64,000 nucleotides of DNA from Solirubrobacterales bacterium (GTDB lineage: Bacteria > Actinomycetota > Thermoleophilia > Solirubrobacterales > Solirubrobacteraceae), in NCBI GenBank assembly GCA_038254735.1, contig JBBSFX010000009.1, positions 12,831-76,830 on the forward strand, read 5' to 3'. The notes below the pieces were generated by a model. That model was not told the origin of the DNA. It made no database searches and was given only the letters and a program-made list of their open reading frames with translations. The position numbers were made by a program, and so were the translations under genes. Of this stretch, positions 18,755 through 28,576 are shown piece by piece (within the stretch, counting starts at the first letter, position 1; each line of letters starts with the position of its first letter).

Positions 18755-20014
18755 TCAGACCGGCACGCCGGGCGGGGGCGCCGAGGAGCGCGTGGCCGAG
18801 CTGATGCCCGGGGCGACCGACGGCGCGGGCGGTCGGGCGGTCGGAGCGGGCTCTCCGCCGGCTCCGGCATGGGGCCGGTTCAGCGTTCCCGGACCGTGGC
18901 CGAGGTCGGTGCCCCTGAAATCGTCCATCGAGGTGGAGGTGCGCCCGTCGGCGGCGACCAGCAGCTTGAAGTCGTGCGGGCTCGAGGCGACCCGGAGGGC
19001 GTCCGCCATCGTCACCCGGCCGGCTTGGTAGTGGTGGAGCAGCGCCTGGTCGAAGGTCTGCATCCCGTAATACTCGCCCTCGGCGATGACCTCGCGCAGG
19101 CGGCTCGTCTGCTCGGAGTCGAGGATCATGTCGCGGGCGCGGCCGGTCATCCGCAGGATCTCGCACACACACACCCGGCCGGAGCGGTCGGGGGTCTGCA
19201 CGAGCCGCTGGGAGACGACGCCCTTCAGCGTGCCGGCGAGCATCGCTCGGGCCTGGCTCTGCTCGTGCGGCGGGAAGAAGTCGATGATCCGGTTGATGCT
19301 CTCGGCCGCGTCCAGCGTGTGGACGGTCGAGAGCACGAGGTGGCCGGTCTCGGCCGCCGACAGAGCGGTGCGGACGGTCTCCTCGTCGCGCATCTCGCCG
19401 ATCAGGATCACGTCGGGGTCCTGGCGCAGCACGCGGCGCATGGCGCGGCTGAACGAGGCCGTGTCCATCCCCACCTCGCGCTGGTTGATGATCGAGCTGC
19501 GGTCGGCGTGCAGGTACTCGATCGGGTCCTCGATCGTGACGATGTGGCGAGCCTTGGTGGTGTTGATCTGGTCGATGATCGCGGCCAGCGTCGTCGACTT
19601 GCCCGAGCCCGTGGTGCCGGTGAGCAGGATCAGGCCGCGCTCCTCGTTGGCGAGGTCGCGGATCACCGCGGGCAGGCCGAGCTCGTCGACGGTGCGCACG
19701 GCGAACGGGATCGCGCGGGCGGCGATCGAGATCGAGCCGCGCTGGCGGAAGCCGTTGACACGGAAGCGGGCCATTCCGGGAACCGAGTAGGCGAAGTCGA
19801 CCTCGCCCTCGCGGTCGAACTCCTCGAGCTTGGCCGGATCGGTCAGCATCTGGCGCAGCACCCGCTCGGTGTCCTCGACGGACAGCGGCTCGTACTGCTG
19901 GATCGGCTCGAGCCGGCCGTGGGTGCGGACCAGCGGACGCGACCCGACTTTCAGATGGAGGTCAGAGCCCTCGGCTTGGACCAGCAGGCCGAGCGCCTCA
20001 TGCAGATCGAACAC
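18755..20014 (-). CDS. pilT: PilT/PilU family ATPase
   Basis: SDLHL, GTTGSGKSTT, IEDPIEY, QREVG, DPDVILIGEMRD, AETGHLV, GMQTFDQ. Confidence 0.92.
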   Translation of the reverse strand: MFDLHEALGLLVQAEGSDLHLKVGSRPLVRTHGRLEPIQQYEPLSVEDTERVLRQMLTDPAKLEEFDREGEVDFAYSVPGMARFRVNGFRQRGSISIAARAIPFAVRTVDELGLPAVIRDLANEERGLILLTGTTGSGKSTTLAAIIDQINTTKARHIVTIEDPIEYLHADRSSIINQREVGMDTASFSRAMRRVLRQDPDVILIGEMRDEETVRTALSAAETGHLVLSTVHTLDAAESINRIIDFFPPHEQSQARAMLAGTLKGVVSQRLVQTPDRSGRVCVCEILRMTGRARDMILDSEQTSRLREVIAEGEYYGMQTFDQALLHHYQAGRVTMADALRVASSPHDFKLLVAADGRTSTSMDDFRGTDLGHGPGTLNRPHAGAGGEPAPTARPPAPSVAPGISSATRSSAPPPGVPV

Positions 20015-20090
20015 GAACTATGTATCGGCCGCGGGCCGGAGCGCCTGAACCCGTCCCCGGAGCGACTGGACGCCGAGTGGACGTGGCGCG

Positions 20091-20115
20091 GGCCCGCGGG
20101 GCGAGCCCGCGGGCC
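20091..20115 (-). terminator. GC-rich hairpin downstream of rpoD
   Basis: GGCCCGCGGG-GCGAG-CCCGCGGGCC; no U-tract. Confidence 0.35.
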
Positions 20116-20143
20116 GGTGGGAAGCTCCCGCCGCTGCGCCTAC

Positions 20144-21244
20144 TCAGGCCACGTCGCGGAGCTTCTGCGCCTCGGCGAGGGACTGCAGCTTCTTCAGCGA
20201 CTGGTTCTCGATCTGGCGGATGCGCTCCCGCGTGACGTTGAAGGTGCGGCCGACCTCGTCGAGTGTGCGGGGATGCTCGCCGCCGAGGCCGTAGCGCAGC
20301 TCGAGGACGCGCCGCTCGCGGTAGGAGAGGTTCTCCAGCGCCTCGCGGAGCGCCTCCTTGGTGAGGATCTCCGCGGCCCGCTCGTATGGCGACTCCGCGC
20401 GCTCATCGGCGATGAACTGGCCGAACTCCGACTCCTCCTCGTCGCCGACCGGCTTCTCCAGCGAGACCGGGGCCTGCGCCGAGCGCTTGATCGACTCGAC
20501 CTCCTCGGGCTCGATGCCGGTCACCTCGGCGATCTCCTCGGCGGTCGGCTCGCGGCCGAGCTCGGTCACCAGCTTGCGCTCGGCGCGACCGATCTTGTTC
20601 AGCTTCTCGACCACGTGAACGGGAATCCGGATCGTCCGAGCCTTGTCGGCGAGCGCCCGCGCGATCGCCTGCCGGATCCACCACGTCGCGTAGGTGGAGA
20701 ACTTGAACCCCTTGCGGTAGTCGAACTTCTCCGCCGCGCGGACGAGCCCGAGCGTCCCCTCCTGGATCAGGTCGAGGAACGGCAGGCCCTGGTTGCGGTA
20801 GTTCTTGGCGATCGAGACGACGAGCCGGAGGTTCGATTCGACCATCTTCTGCTTCGCGTCGAGGTCACCGCGCTCGATGCGCTTGGCGAGATCAACTTCC
20901 TCCTGCGCCGTCAGCAGACGCACCTTGCCGATGTCCTTCAGGAACAGCTGAAGGGAATCGGTGGTCATGTCCGGCTTGAGATCCAGCGCCGTCTTGGCCT
21001 TACGGCGACCGCGCTTGTCCGGGGCGCGCTCGACCTCCGTCGCGGCCAGCGCCGGATCGACCTCCTCGACGAGCTCGATCTCCGCTCGCTCCAGGAAGCC
21101 GTGCAGCTCCTCGACGTCGGCCTCGTCGAGATCGAGCTCCGAAACCGCCGTCGCGATGTCGGCGTAGGTGAGCACGCCAAGCTGCTGCCCACGGTTGACG
21201 AGCCCCTTGACCTCTTCGAGTTCCTGCAGTTCCGCTACTGACAT
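20144..21244 (-). CDS. rpoD: RNA polymerase sigma-70 factor, RpoD/SigA type
   Basis: regions 1.1-4: [66 protein letters not shown]. Confidence 0.95.
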   Translation of the reverse strand: MSVAELQELEEVKGLVNRGQQLGVLTYADIATAVSELDLDEADVEELHGFLERAEIELVEEVDPALAATEVERAPDKRGRRKAKTALDLKPDMTTDSLQLFLKDIGKVRLLTAQEEVDLAKRIERGDLDAKQKMVESNLRLVVSIAKNYRNQGLPFLDLIQEGTLGLVRAAEKFDYRKGFKFSTYATWWIRQAIARALADKARTIRIPVHVVEKLNKIGRAERKLVTELGREPTAEEIAEVTGIEPEEVESIKRSAQAPVSLEKPVGDEEESEFGQFIADERAESPYERAAEILTKEALREALENLSYRERRVLELRYGLGGEHPRTLDEVGRTFNVTRERIRQIENQSLKKLQSLAEAQKLRDVA

Positions 21245-21354
21245 CTGATTCCGTTTCCGTCGCCAGGACCGACCCCTGGATAAGGCCGAGCTGATGGGAT
21301 CAATGAGTGGCAAAGGTGCGACAGGACGCACGCCCGCAACTCAAGCACGTTCAA

Positions 21355-21383
21355 ATTATAGACGCTATACTTTATGAAGTCAA
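21355..21383 (-). promoter_or_regulatory. near-consensus sigma-70 promoter of rpoD
   Basis: minus strand TTGACT-N17-TATAAT in a locally AT-rich patch. Confidence 0.85.
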
Positions 21384-21648
21384 GGCGCTTCAAGGACGCC
21401 AGATGTCGCCGGCTGGGCAACCGCACCACATTCGTGGTGCTCGAATTCCTATCTATACGTAGAACGTCGACAACCGTTTCAACTTGCGCCGCAATTCCGC
21501 GAATTCGCAGGGGTGCGCGAAGCGGGGCCTGTTCCTAGATCATTCCCACCATCGGCCGGTGTCGAACCTTTCTTCATCGTGAGGCGTCGTTCTGGCCCTC
21601 TCCACCGGCGAGCCCCCCGGCTGGACGACGACGGGACGGTGCGCGATC

Positions 21649-21987
21649 ATGTCGGGTTCGATGAGCGATCAACCCCCATCAGAGGTGCTCGGGGCGCTGC
21701 CCCGGTCCCGCCCGCACCGGCGCAGCGACAAGCGGGCGGCACGTCCGCGACCGGCCGCCGACGCTGTGGCCGCGTCCGCAGCCGCTGGGTCACGAGCCAC
21801 GCCGCCGATGCCGAAGCCCGTCCCGGCCGGCCGCGTGGCCGCGCAGAAGGCGGCCCAGCCGGAGCCCCGTGGCCGCACCGACGTGCTCGGCACGGCCGTC
21901 CAGGCGGCGGCGGAGCTGGCCGAGATCGGCCTGTCGGCGACCGCTCGGGCGATCCGCGGCGCGGTCGCCCGCCTCCCCCGCCCGTAG
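21649..21987 (+). CDS. hypothetical small protein
   Basis: C-terminal amphipathic helix LGTAVQAAAELAEIGLSATARAIRGAVARLP; start may be 21661. Confidence 0.6.
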   Translation: MSGSMSDQPPSEVLGALPRSRPHRRSDKRAARPRPAADAVAASAAAGSRATPPMPKPVPAGRVAAQKAAQPEPRGRTDVLGTAVQAAAELAEIGLSATARAIRGAVARLPRP

Positions 21988-22044
21988 GCGGCGACGGCCG
22001 GTCAGCCGCCCGAACCGGCGTCTCGTATACTTCGCCGTCTTCCA

Positions 22045-22176
22045 ACGCCGAACGGCTGCTCGCCCGCGAGCGGCCGACGGGGGACCCACTGCGGATGCCA
22101 TGTCCGCCGGGGCGAATCGGCTCCTCCTGGAGCCGTAGCGCGAATAGCGCGAGCCCGTCAGCTCACCCCGTAGGCA
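22045..22176 (+). promoter_or_regulatory. cyclic di-AMP (ydaO/yuaA) riboswitch
   Basis: GCCGAA..GGGGGACCCA..GGGGCGAATC..GCCCGTCAGCTCACCCCGTAGG; TATACT -10 at 22026-22031; upstream of a cell-wall enzyme. Confidence 0.88.
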
Positions 22177-22196
22177 CCAGGACCCAAGGGACCGGT

Positions 22197-22994
22197 GTGA
22201 TCCGACGCGTCAAACTCCATGCTGCTGCCGGCCTGCTCGTCACACTGAGCGCCCTGGTGGCGAGCACGTCGGCGCTCGCCGGGTCGGGCGGCGCCTCGCC
22301 GACCGCGGCATCCGGCGGATCCGGAGCCGGCGGCACCGGGGGCGGCTCCGGGAATCCGCTCGTCCACACCGGGAACAAAACGGTCACCGCCAGCGGCAGC
22401 GGCATCACCGTCTCCACGACGGCGTCCGCGCTGCTGCGCGACCAGCTCCAGTTCACCGGAAGCGTGCCCGGCTCCGACAGCGGTGCCGCGGTCGAGCTCG
22501 AGCGGCTCGGCCGCGAGACGAGCTGGACGTGGCAGCCGACCGCCCGGGTGAGCGTCAACCGCGACGGCAACTTTCGGGCGACCTGGACGACCGACCACAT
22601 CGGCCGGTTCGCGATCCGGGTCGTGATCTCGCGCGCCGGCGCCCGGGCCGCGGCGGCCTCCCCCCCGGTCTCGATCACCGTCTACCGCTCGTCCGTGGCC
22701 ACCTGGTACGGCCCCGGCTTCTTCGGCCGGCGGATGGCCTGCGGGGGCCGGCTGACCCGCGCCACGTTCGGGGTGGCCAACCGGCGCCTGCCCTGCGGCA
22801 CCGAGGTGGCGCTCTACTACCGGGGCCGCACGCTGACGGTGCCGGTCGTCGACCGCGGGCCCTACGCCAACGGGGCGGAGTGGGATCTGACCCAGGCGGC
22901 CAGCCGCGCGCTCGGGGTGGACGGCAAGGACACGATCGGCGCCGTCTCGCTGCCCGCCGCGACGCCGCCGAGCCGCGCCGTTCCGCACGGCTGA
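22197..22994 (+). CDS. secreted RlpA-like (DPBB) lytic transglycosylase family protein
   Basis: signal peptide; ATWYGPG..ACG..VANRRLPCGT..VPVVDRGPY..WDLT. Confidence 0.85.
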   Translation: MIRRVKLHAAAGLLVTLSALVASTSALAGSGGASPTAASGGSGAGGTGGGSGNPLVHTGNKTVTASGSGITVSTTASALLRDQLQFTGSVPGSDSGAAVELERLGRETSWTWQPTARVSVNRDGNFRATWTTDHIGRFAIRVVISRAGARAAAASPPVSITVYRSSVATWYGPGFFGRRMACGGRLTRATFGVANRRLPCGTEVALYYRGRTLTVPVVDRGPYANGAEWDLTQAASRALGVDGKDTIGAVSLPAATPPSRAVPHG

Positions 22995-23027
22995 GCTCGG
23001 GTCCCCTCGCGGGACCCGCTCACCCGC

Positions 23028-23966
23028 TCAGGACGGCCCGGGCGGTCCCACCGCCACGCCCGCCGCGCCGGCCGCGTAGCGCGCCTCCTCGGCGGCGTGG
23101 ATCAGTCCGCGGCCGCCGTCGGCGTCCTCGCCGAGGACCGCGATCCCGACGGCCACGGCCGGCGGCGCGCCGCGCCAGTCGGGCCCGGCACGCACCGCGG
23201 CGACGATCCGCTCCGCCAGCGCCCGCGCGTCGGCGCGATCGCGGCCGTGCGCGATCACCCAGGACCGCCGGCGATCCGCGTCGGCCACCACGTCTCCCGT
23301 GTCCAGGGCCGCGCAGACCGCATCGCGCAAGACGCCGAAGCCCGCCCACTCCGGTCCCTCGACCGCCAGCAACCGCTCGAGCTCGTCGAGCTCCACGAGC
23401 AGCAACGCCAGCGGCGCGCCGCGTCCGCGGGCGAGGGCGATCTCGTGCTCAAGCCGGGGCTCTGGCCCGTGCGGATCCGCCGCCGCGCCGCCGGGTCCCG
23501 AGCGGGCCGCGAATCCTCGCAGCGCCGCCGCTCGGACCGCCTCGAGTGCGACCGACAGGCGCTCGCCGAGCGCCCAGACGAGCTCAGGGTCCGGGTCGGG
23601 CGACTCGACGCGCAGGGCGCTCCAGATGACGCCGCGGAGCGCATCGAGCGCCGCCGACACCTCGTCGGCGCCGTGCGCGTCGACGAGCTCGCCGATCTCC
23701 GCCAGCAACGGCTCCAGCGCGCCTCCGGGCTGCAGCCGGGCGAGCTGCTCGTCGCACCGCAGGCCGCCGACGATTGCCTCGCAGATGCGCGGGGCCGATC
23801 CGACCAGCCCGCCGGCCAGGAGGCCCTCGGCGCGCTCGAGCGGACGCGCCTCGATGAGCTCGAGCAGCCAGCCCTTGCCGAGCCCGGCGCCACGATCGAG
23901 CAGCCGGTGCACCGGCGCGTCGGAGACCGGACGGGGGCGCCGGCGGCGGGGGGTCCGATCCTCCAT
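23028..23966 (-). CDS. degenerate GGDEF-like domain protein with helical N-terminal domain
   Basis: LEHEIALAR..PLALLLVELDEL..ARALAERI..VAVGIA..LIHAAEEA, with no GGDEF motif. Confidence 0.65.
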   Translation of the reverse strand: MEDRTPRRRRPRPVSDAPVHRLLDRGAGLGKGWLLELIEARPLERAEGLLAGGLVGSAPRICEAIVGGLRCDEQLARLQPGGALEPLLAEIGELVDAHGADEVSAALDALRGVIWSALRVESPDPDPELVWALGERLSVALEAVRAAALRGFAARSGPGGAAADPHGPEPRLEHEIALARGRGAPLALLLVELDELERLLAVEGPEWAGFGVLRDAVCAALDTGDVVADADRRRSWVIAHGRDRADARALAERIVAAVRAGPDWRGAPPAVAVGIAVLGEDADGGRGLIHAAEEARYAAGAAGVAVGPPGPS

Positions 23967-24039
23967 CGCGTTCCTTTTATCACCCCGGCCGGGCGGCCGG
24001 GAGGCGACGCGCCCTGCGAAGCCGTCAAAATCCGACGCC

Positions 24040-24780
24040 ATGACCGGTGCACTGGCAGCGGTCGCCGGGTTGATCGGACTGTTGATCGCCCGGCGGCGCA
24101 AGCGTTCGGCGCTGCCCGCGCGGGCCGTGATCGTCTCGCCGCGCAAGTCCACGTCGATCGCCCAGGACGGCGCGGTCAGCTCGGTGCAGTCGGCTGAACT
24201 GACGATCCCGGCCGCCGATCTCGAGCGGCTGTGGAGCCCGACCAACCTGGAGAACCTCGCGCGCACGTACTGGAGCTTCCTCGGACGAGTCACGCTCGGC
24301 GTGATCCGGGTGCGCTACGGGGAGACCTCGCGCGCGGTGTGCCTGCTCGGCCGGCCGCTGACGCTGCTGCGCTTCGAGCTGCCCGAGTACGACTTCGACC
24401 GCGACCACGGCAAGATCACGTGGCAGATCCGGGACGGGCTGCTGGTCGCCCGCGCGGGCCGCGGCTCCGGGCACCTGCAGGTCGAGGTGCGCCGGCTCGA
24501 GTCGCCGGCTTCGGACAAGGCGAATCTCCGCATCGAGGTCGACGTGTCAAACTTCTACCCGTCGATCGCCGCCGGTCTGAGCACGCCGGTCTACGAGGGC
24601 ACGCAGTCGTTCCTCCACGTGCTGGTCACGCACGCGTTCCTGCGCTCGCTGGCCACGCTGCAGCTGGTCGAGTCGCGAGTCGGCCAGCTCGCCGTCCCCA
24701 CCGACGCCAAGGGCGAGCCGCCGCCGGCCGAGCCGCCGCGGGGCAGCGACCGCGCCGCCCGCGGCGAGGCCGCCGGCTGA
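24040..24780 (+). CDS. hypothetical protein with N-terminal membrane anchor
   Basis: MTGALAAVAGLIGLLIARRRKR anchor, then a beta-rich domain; high GC3. Confidence 0.75.
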   Translation: MTGALAAVAGLIGLLIARRRKRSALPARAVIVSPRKSTSIAQDGAVSSVQSAELTIPAADLERLWSPTNLENLARTYWSFLGRVTLGVIRVRYGETSRAVCLLGRPLTLLRFELPEYDFDRDHGKITWQIRDGLLVARAGRGSGHLQVEVRRLESPASDKANLRIEVDVSNFYPSIAAGLSTPVYEGTQSFLHVLVTHAFLRSLATLQLVESRVGQLAVPTDAKGEPPPAEPPRGSDRAARGEAAG

Positions 24781-24781
24781 T

Positions 24782-25786
24782 CTAGCCGTAGCGCTCGCCG
24801 GAGTACACCCGCAGCTTCGAGCGGTCGTGGCGGGCGTTGACCCGCCGGACCGTGCCCGAGCGCGAGCGCATGACCAGCGACTCGGTGGTCGCGCTGCGGT
24901 TGCCCTGGTAGCGCACGCCCTGGAGGACGTCGCCGTCGGTGACGCCGGTGGCCGAGAAGAAGACGTCGTCGCCGGCCACCAGGTCGTCGGCGTTCAGCAC
25001 CCGCTCGAGGTCGTAGCCGGCGTCTCGCGCGGCCTGGCGCTCCTCGTTGCTCCGGGGCCACAGGCGGCCGAGCAGCTGGCCGCCGAGGCACTTGATCGCA
25101 GCGGCCGAGATCACGCCCTCCGGCGTCCCGCCGATGCCCCACAGCAGGTCGACGGCGGAGTTGTCGCTGACCGCCAGCAGCGCGGCGCTGACGTCGCCGT
25201 CGAGGATCAGGCGGACCCGCGCGCCGGCCTCGCGGACCTCGCGCATCATCTCGTGGTGGCGCTCGCGGTCGAGCATCACCACCATCACGTCACGGATCTC
25301 CCGGCCCTTGCGCTCGGCGATCAGCCGCAGCGTCTCGGGGAGCGGGCGGTCGAGGTCGAGCAGATCGGTGATTTCCGGGCCGCCGGCGATCTTCTCCATG
25401 TACACGCACGGGCCCGGGTCGAACATCGCGCCGCGCTCGGCCAGCGCGATCACCGCGAGCGCGCTCGGCATCCCCAGCGCGGTGAGGCGTGTGCCCTCCA
25501 GCGGGTCGACGGCGATGTCAACCTCGGGCGGCTCGCCGTCGCCGATCCGCTCACCGTTGTAGAGCATCGGCGCCTCGTCCTTCTCGCCCTCGCCGATCAC
25601 CACGATCCCGTCCATCGAGACGGTGTCGAGGACGATCCGCATCGCGTCGACGGCGGCCTGGTCGGCGCCCTCCTTGTCGCCGCGGCCGACCATCCGCGCC
25701 GCGGCCAGTGCGGCGGCCTCGGTCACGCGAACGAGTTCGAGGGCCAGGTTACGATCTGGCCGGTCGTGCTCTGGGGACGGGCTCAT
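24782..25786 (-). CDS. glpX: class II fructose-1,6-bisphosphatase
   Basis: VTEAAA, VVIGEGEKDEAPML, AVDPLEGT, DGDV, GIGGTPEGV, ATGVTDG. Confidence 0.96.
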   Translation of the reverse strand: MSPSPEHDRPDRNLALELVRVTEAAALAAARMVGRGDKEGADQAAVDAMRIVLDTVSMDGIVVIGEGEKDEAPMLYNGERIGDGEPPEVDIAVDPLEGTRLTALGMPSALAVIALAERGAMFDPGPCVYMEKIAGGPEITDLLDLDRPLPETLRLIAERKGREIRDVMVVMLDRERHHEMMREVREAGARVRLILDGDVSAALLAVSDNSAVDLLWGIGGTPEGVISAAAIKCLGGQLLGRLWPRSNEERQAARDAGYDLERVLNADDLVAGDDVFFSATGVTDGDVLQGVRYQGNRSATTESLVMRSRSGTVRRVNARHDRSKLRVYSGERYG

Positions 25787-25798
25787 CCGTCGCTCCCC

Positions 25799-25884
25799 GG
25801 GAGATTTGCGCCAGCAAATCTCCCCAGGGAACTTGCGCCAGCAAGTTCCCCGCTCCCCAGGAGATTTGCGCCAGCAAGTTCCCC
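25799..25884. repeat. three tandem palindromes with GCCA loop (REP/BIME-like)
   Basis: GGGAGATTTGC-GCCA-GCAAATCTCCC; GGGAACTTGC-GCCA-GCAAGTTCCC; chimeric GAGATTTGC-GCCA-GCAAGTTCC. Confidence 0.9.
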
Positions 25885-25886
25885 GC

Positions 25887-26348
25887 TCACAGCACGCCCG
25901 GGGGCTTGCGCCTCGTGGAGCTCTCCTGCGAGCGCCAGATCGCTCCGACGAGGATCAACATGCCGCCCAGCATAGCCACCCACCAGCCGTAGGAGACAGA
26001 GATCTGGCCGGGGGGCGAGCCGGGCTTGTCGATCACGCCGCGGAACACCACCAGGGTCAGCGCGGCCAGCGCGGTGACCGCCGTCAGCTCGCCGCGCGGC
26101 CACGACAGCGCGTGTCCGCGGACGATTATGTAGGCGAGGATCGCCGGGGCCAGCGCCGCCAGCAGCAGCAGGAAGCGCATCGCCTGCAGCGATGACCAGC
26201 CGGTGCAGGTGCCGCCGGGGCCCCTGCAGCCGCCCAGCACCGTGTAGCGGTCGCCCAGCGAGTACCAGGCGAGGAACAGCGAGACGCCGAGGAGTACCCC
26301 GCCGATCGCCGCCAGCAGCTCTCCTCGGTCCAGCTTGCCTAGCTCCAT
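25887..26348 (-). CDS. hypothetical membrane protein (4 TM)
   Basis: four hydrophobic segments; high GC3. Confidence 0.75.
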   Translation of the reverse strand: MELGKLDRGELLAAIGGVLLGVSLFLAWYSLGDRYTVLGGCRGPGGTCTGWSSLQAMRFLLLLAALAPAILAYIIVRGHALSWPRGELTAVTALAALTLVVFRGVIDKPGSPPGQISVSYGWWVAMLGGMLILVGAIWRSQESSTRRKPPGVL

Positions 26349-26427
26349 CGCGGGTGGCAGCCTAACCGTTTGGTTCAGCGTGCGTCACACGTTCCGCGCC
26401 ACTCGCGGGGTGCTAGGTTCGCCGCCG

Positions 26428-27195
26428 ATGCCGCCCGCTCCGGTGAGCTTCCGCCAGCTGCTGCCCGAGGCCGCCGAGCTCGATGCATCCGCGGCGCTCG
26501 ACGCCATGTTCGCCGCCCTGACGCCACCGGTCGACCGGCCGTTCACGATCGTCAACTTCGTCGCCAGCGCGGATGGGCGCGCGACCGTCCAGGGACGCTC
26601 GGCCGGCCTCGGCGACGACGGCGACAAGGCGATCTTCCACGGGCTGCGGGAACGCGTCGACGCGGTGCTGGCCGGCGGCGTGACGATGCGCACCGAGGGC
26701 TACGGGCGGATCCTCGGCAAGCCCGAGCGCAGACGGCGCCGGCGCGAGCGCGGCCTCCCGGACGAGCCACTGGCCTGCGTGATCACGCGCAGCGGCGAGG
26801 TCCCGACCGAGATCCCGCTGTTCGGCGAGCCGGAGGCCCGGATCATCGTGTTCGGTCCCCCGGCGCTGCGCGCGCCGCTGAGGGCCTGCCCCGCCCAGGT
26901 CGACCTGGTCGAGCTCGCCGGAGCGCAGCTGACGCTGTCGGCGGCGCTGGAGCGGCTGCGCGCTGAGCACGGAGTGCGGACGCTGCTGTGCGAGGGCGGC
27001 CCGCGGCTGTTCACCTCGCTGCTGCACGAAGGCCTCGTCGACGAGCTGTTCCTGACGCTGGCGCCGAAGCTCGTCGCGGGCGACGGCCCCACGGTCACCA
27101 CCGGACCCGAGTTGACGCCGCCGGCCCCAATGGAGCTGCGCTGGCTGCTGGCCCGCGAGCAGGCCCTGTACGCCCGCTACGCCCTGCGCCGTTAA
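26428..27195 (+). CDS. RibD C-terminal/dihydrofolate reductase-like protein
   Basis: NFVASADG, LRERVDAVLAG, LLCEGGPRL, VDELFLTLAP; TAGGTT 8 nt before ATG. Confidence 0.88.
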   Translation: MPPAPVSFRQLLPEAAELDASAALDAMFAALTPPVDRPFTIVNFVASADGRATVQGRSAGLGDDGDKAIFHGLRERVDAVLAGGVTMRTEGYGRILGKPERRRRRRERGLPDEPLACVITRSGEVPTEIPLFGEPEARIIVFGPPALRAPLRACPAQVDLVELAGAQLTLSAALERLRAEHGVRTLLCEGGPRLFTSLLHEGLVDELFLTLAPKLVAGDGPTVTTGPELTPPAPMELRWLLAREQALYARYALRR

Positions 27196-27233
27196 TACGT
27201 TGTTTTGTTTCCCCGCAGGGCCGGTTTGGAAGA

Positions 27234-28571
27234 ATGGCTGTCATGGGCAGCCTGATCGCAGCCGACGCCGCCCTGACTGCGCCCGCCGCGATCGAGGGGT
27301 TAACGGAGGCCCGCACGCGCACGCTCGATCTCGTCGCCTCACTCTCCGACGACGTGCTCGAGCGCGTCCACTCGCCGCTGATGAGCCCGCTGGTGTGGGA
27401 TCTCGGCCACATCGCCGCGTTCGAGGACCTGTGGCTGGTGCACCGGTCCGCGGGTCGGCCGCTGCTCCACGATGACCTCGCCGACGTCTACGACGCCTTC
27501 GAGACCCCACGCGCCGGCCGCGGCGAGCTGCCGTTCCTGCCCGGCGACGGCGCCCGCGAGTACCTCGGCGAGGTCCGCGCCCGGACGCTCGAGGTGATCG
27601 AGCGCCAGGGGGTCGGCGACGGGCTCGTGCACGAGATGGTGATCCGCCACGAGCACCAGCATTGCGAGACGATGCTGCAGACGATCCAGCTCGGCGAGCT
27701 CGCCCCCTACGTCCCGGTCCGTGGAGGGTCGGCCGCCCCCGACTCCATCGCCGGTGCGTCGGACGGCGAGCCCGCCGCGCTGACCGGGCTCGAGCTGGTC
27801 GAGGTGCGGGACGGCCCGTGCACGATCGGCGCCGGACCGGAGGGCTTCGCCTACGACAACGAGCGCGGCCGCCACGCCCGGCACCTCGGGAGCTTCCAGA
27901 TCGGGGGCGCGCCGGTGACCAACGCCACCTACCTGAGCTTCGTCGAGGGCGGCGGCTACGAGCGCCGCGAGTGGTGGTCGGATGAGGGCTGGGCGTGGAA
28001 GGAGGAGTACGACATCACGAGACCCGGTGGCTGGACGGAGGACCTCCGCTCGGAGTGGCGCCTAGGTGAGCTCGAGCCCCTGCATCCCGACCGACCGGTG
28101 GTCCACGTCTCCTGGTTCGAGGCCGAGGCCTTCGCCCGGACCCATGAGGCCCGCCTACCGAGCGAGTTCGAGTGGGAGAAGGCCGCGACCTGGGATCAGG
28201 AGCGGGGCGCCGCCCGCCGCTATCCATGGGGCGAGGATCCGCCGGTCCCCGGCCGGCACGCCAACCTCGACCACCACGCGTCGGGCCCGGTGGCCGCCGG
28301 CGCCTACCCCCACGGCGCCTCGCCGTACGGCTGCCTGGGAATGCTCGGCGACGTCTGGGAGTGGACGGCGAGCGAGTTCGACGGCTACCCCGGCTTCGCC
28401 GCTCACCCGTACCCGCAGTACTCCGAGGTGTTCTTCGGCCAGGGCTACCGCGTGCTGCGCGGCGGCTCGTGGGCGACGCGCGCGCGCGTCGTCACGCCGG
28501 CGTTAAGGAACTGGGACCACCCAATGCGTCGGCAGATCTTCGCCGGCTTCAGGATCGCGAGAGACTCGTAG
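27234..28571 (+). CDS. egtB: ergothioneine sulfoxide synthase EgtB (DinB + FGE-sulfatase domains)
   Basis: SPLVWDLGH, HEHQH iron ligands, PRAGR, YSEVF, RNWDHPMRRQIFAGFR; start 27234 or 27243. Confidence 0.88.
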   Translation: MAVMGSLIAADAALTAPAAIEGLTEARTRTLDLVASLSDDVLERVHSPLMSPLVWDLGHIAAFEDLWLVHRSAGRPLLHDDLADVYDAFETPRAGRGELPFLPGDGAREYLGEVRARTLEVIERQGVGDGLVHEMVIRHEHQHCETMLQTIQLGELAPYVPVRGGSAAPDSIAGASDGEPAALTGLELVEVRDGPCTIGAGPEGFAYDNERGRHARHLGSFQIGGAPVTNATYLSFVEGGGYERREWWSDEGWAWKEEYDITRPGGWTEDLRSEWRLGELEPLHPDRPVVHVSWFEAEAFARTHEARLPSEFEWEKAATWDQERGAARRYPWGEDPPVPGRHANLDHHASGPVAAGAYPHGASPYGCLGMLGDVWEWTASEFDGYPGFAAHPYPQYSEVFFGQGYRVLRGGSWATRARVVTPALRNWDHPMRRQIFAGFRIARDS

Positions 28572-28576
28572 ACACG

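Noticed and set aside
18755-20014. Type IV pilus locus
   Set aside because: Only the PilT-like ATPase is present; no pilin, PilB, PilC or prepilin peptidase is nearby.
25799-25884. Mini-CRISPR interpretation of the palindromic array
   Set aside because: Spacers are only 2-9 nt, units are chimeric, and there are no cas genes or AT-rich leader.
27234-28571. EgtB as selenoneine synthase SenA or ovothiol OvoA
   Set aside because: No senB/selD-like neighbours, no C-terminal methyltransferase domain, and egtD is directly downstream.
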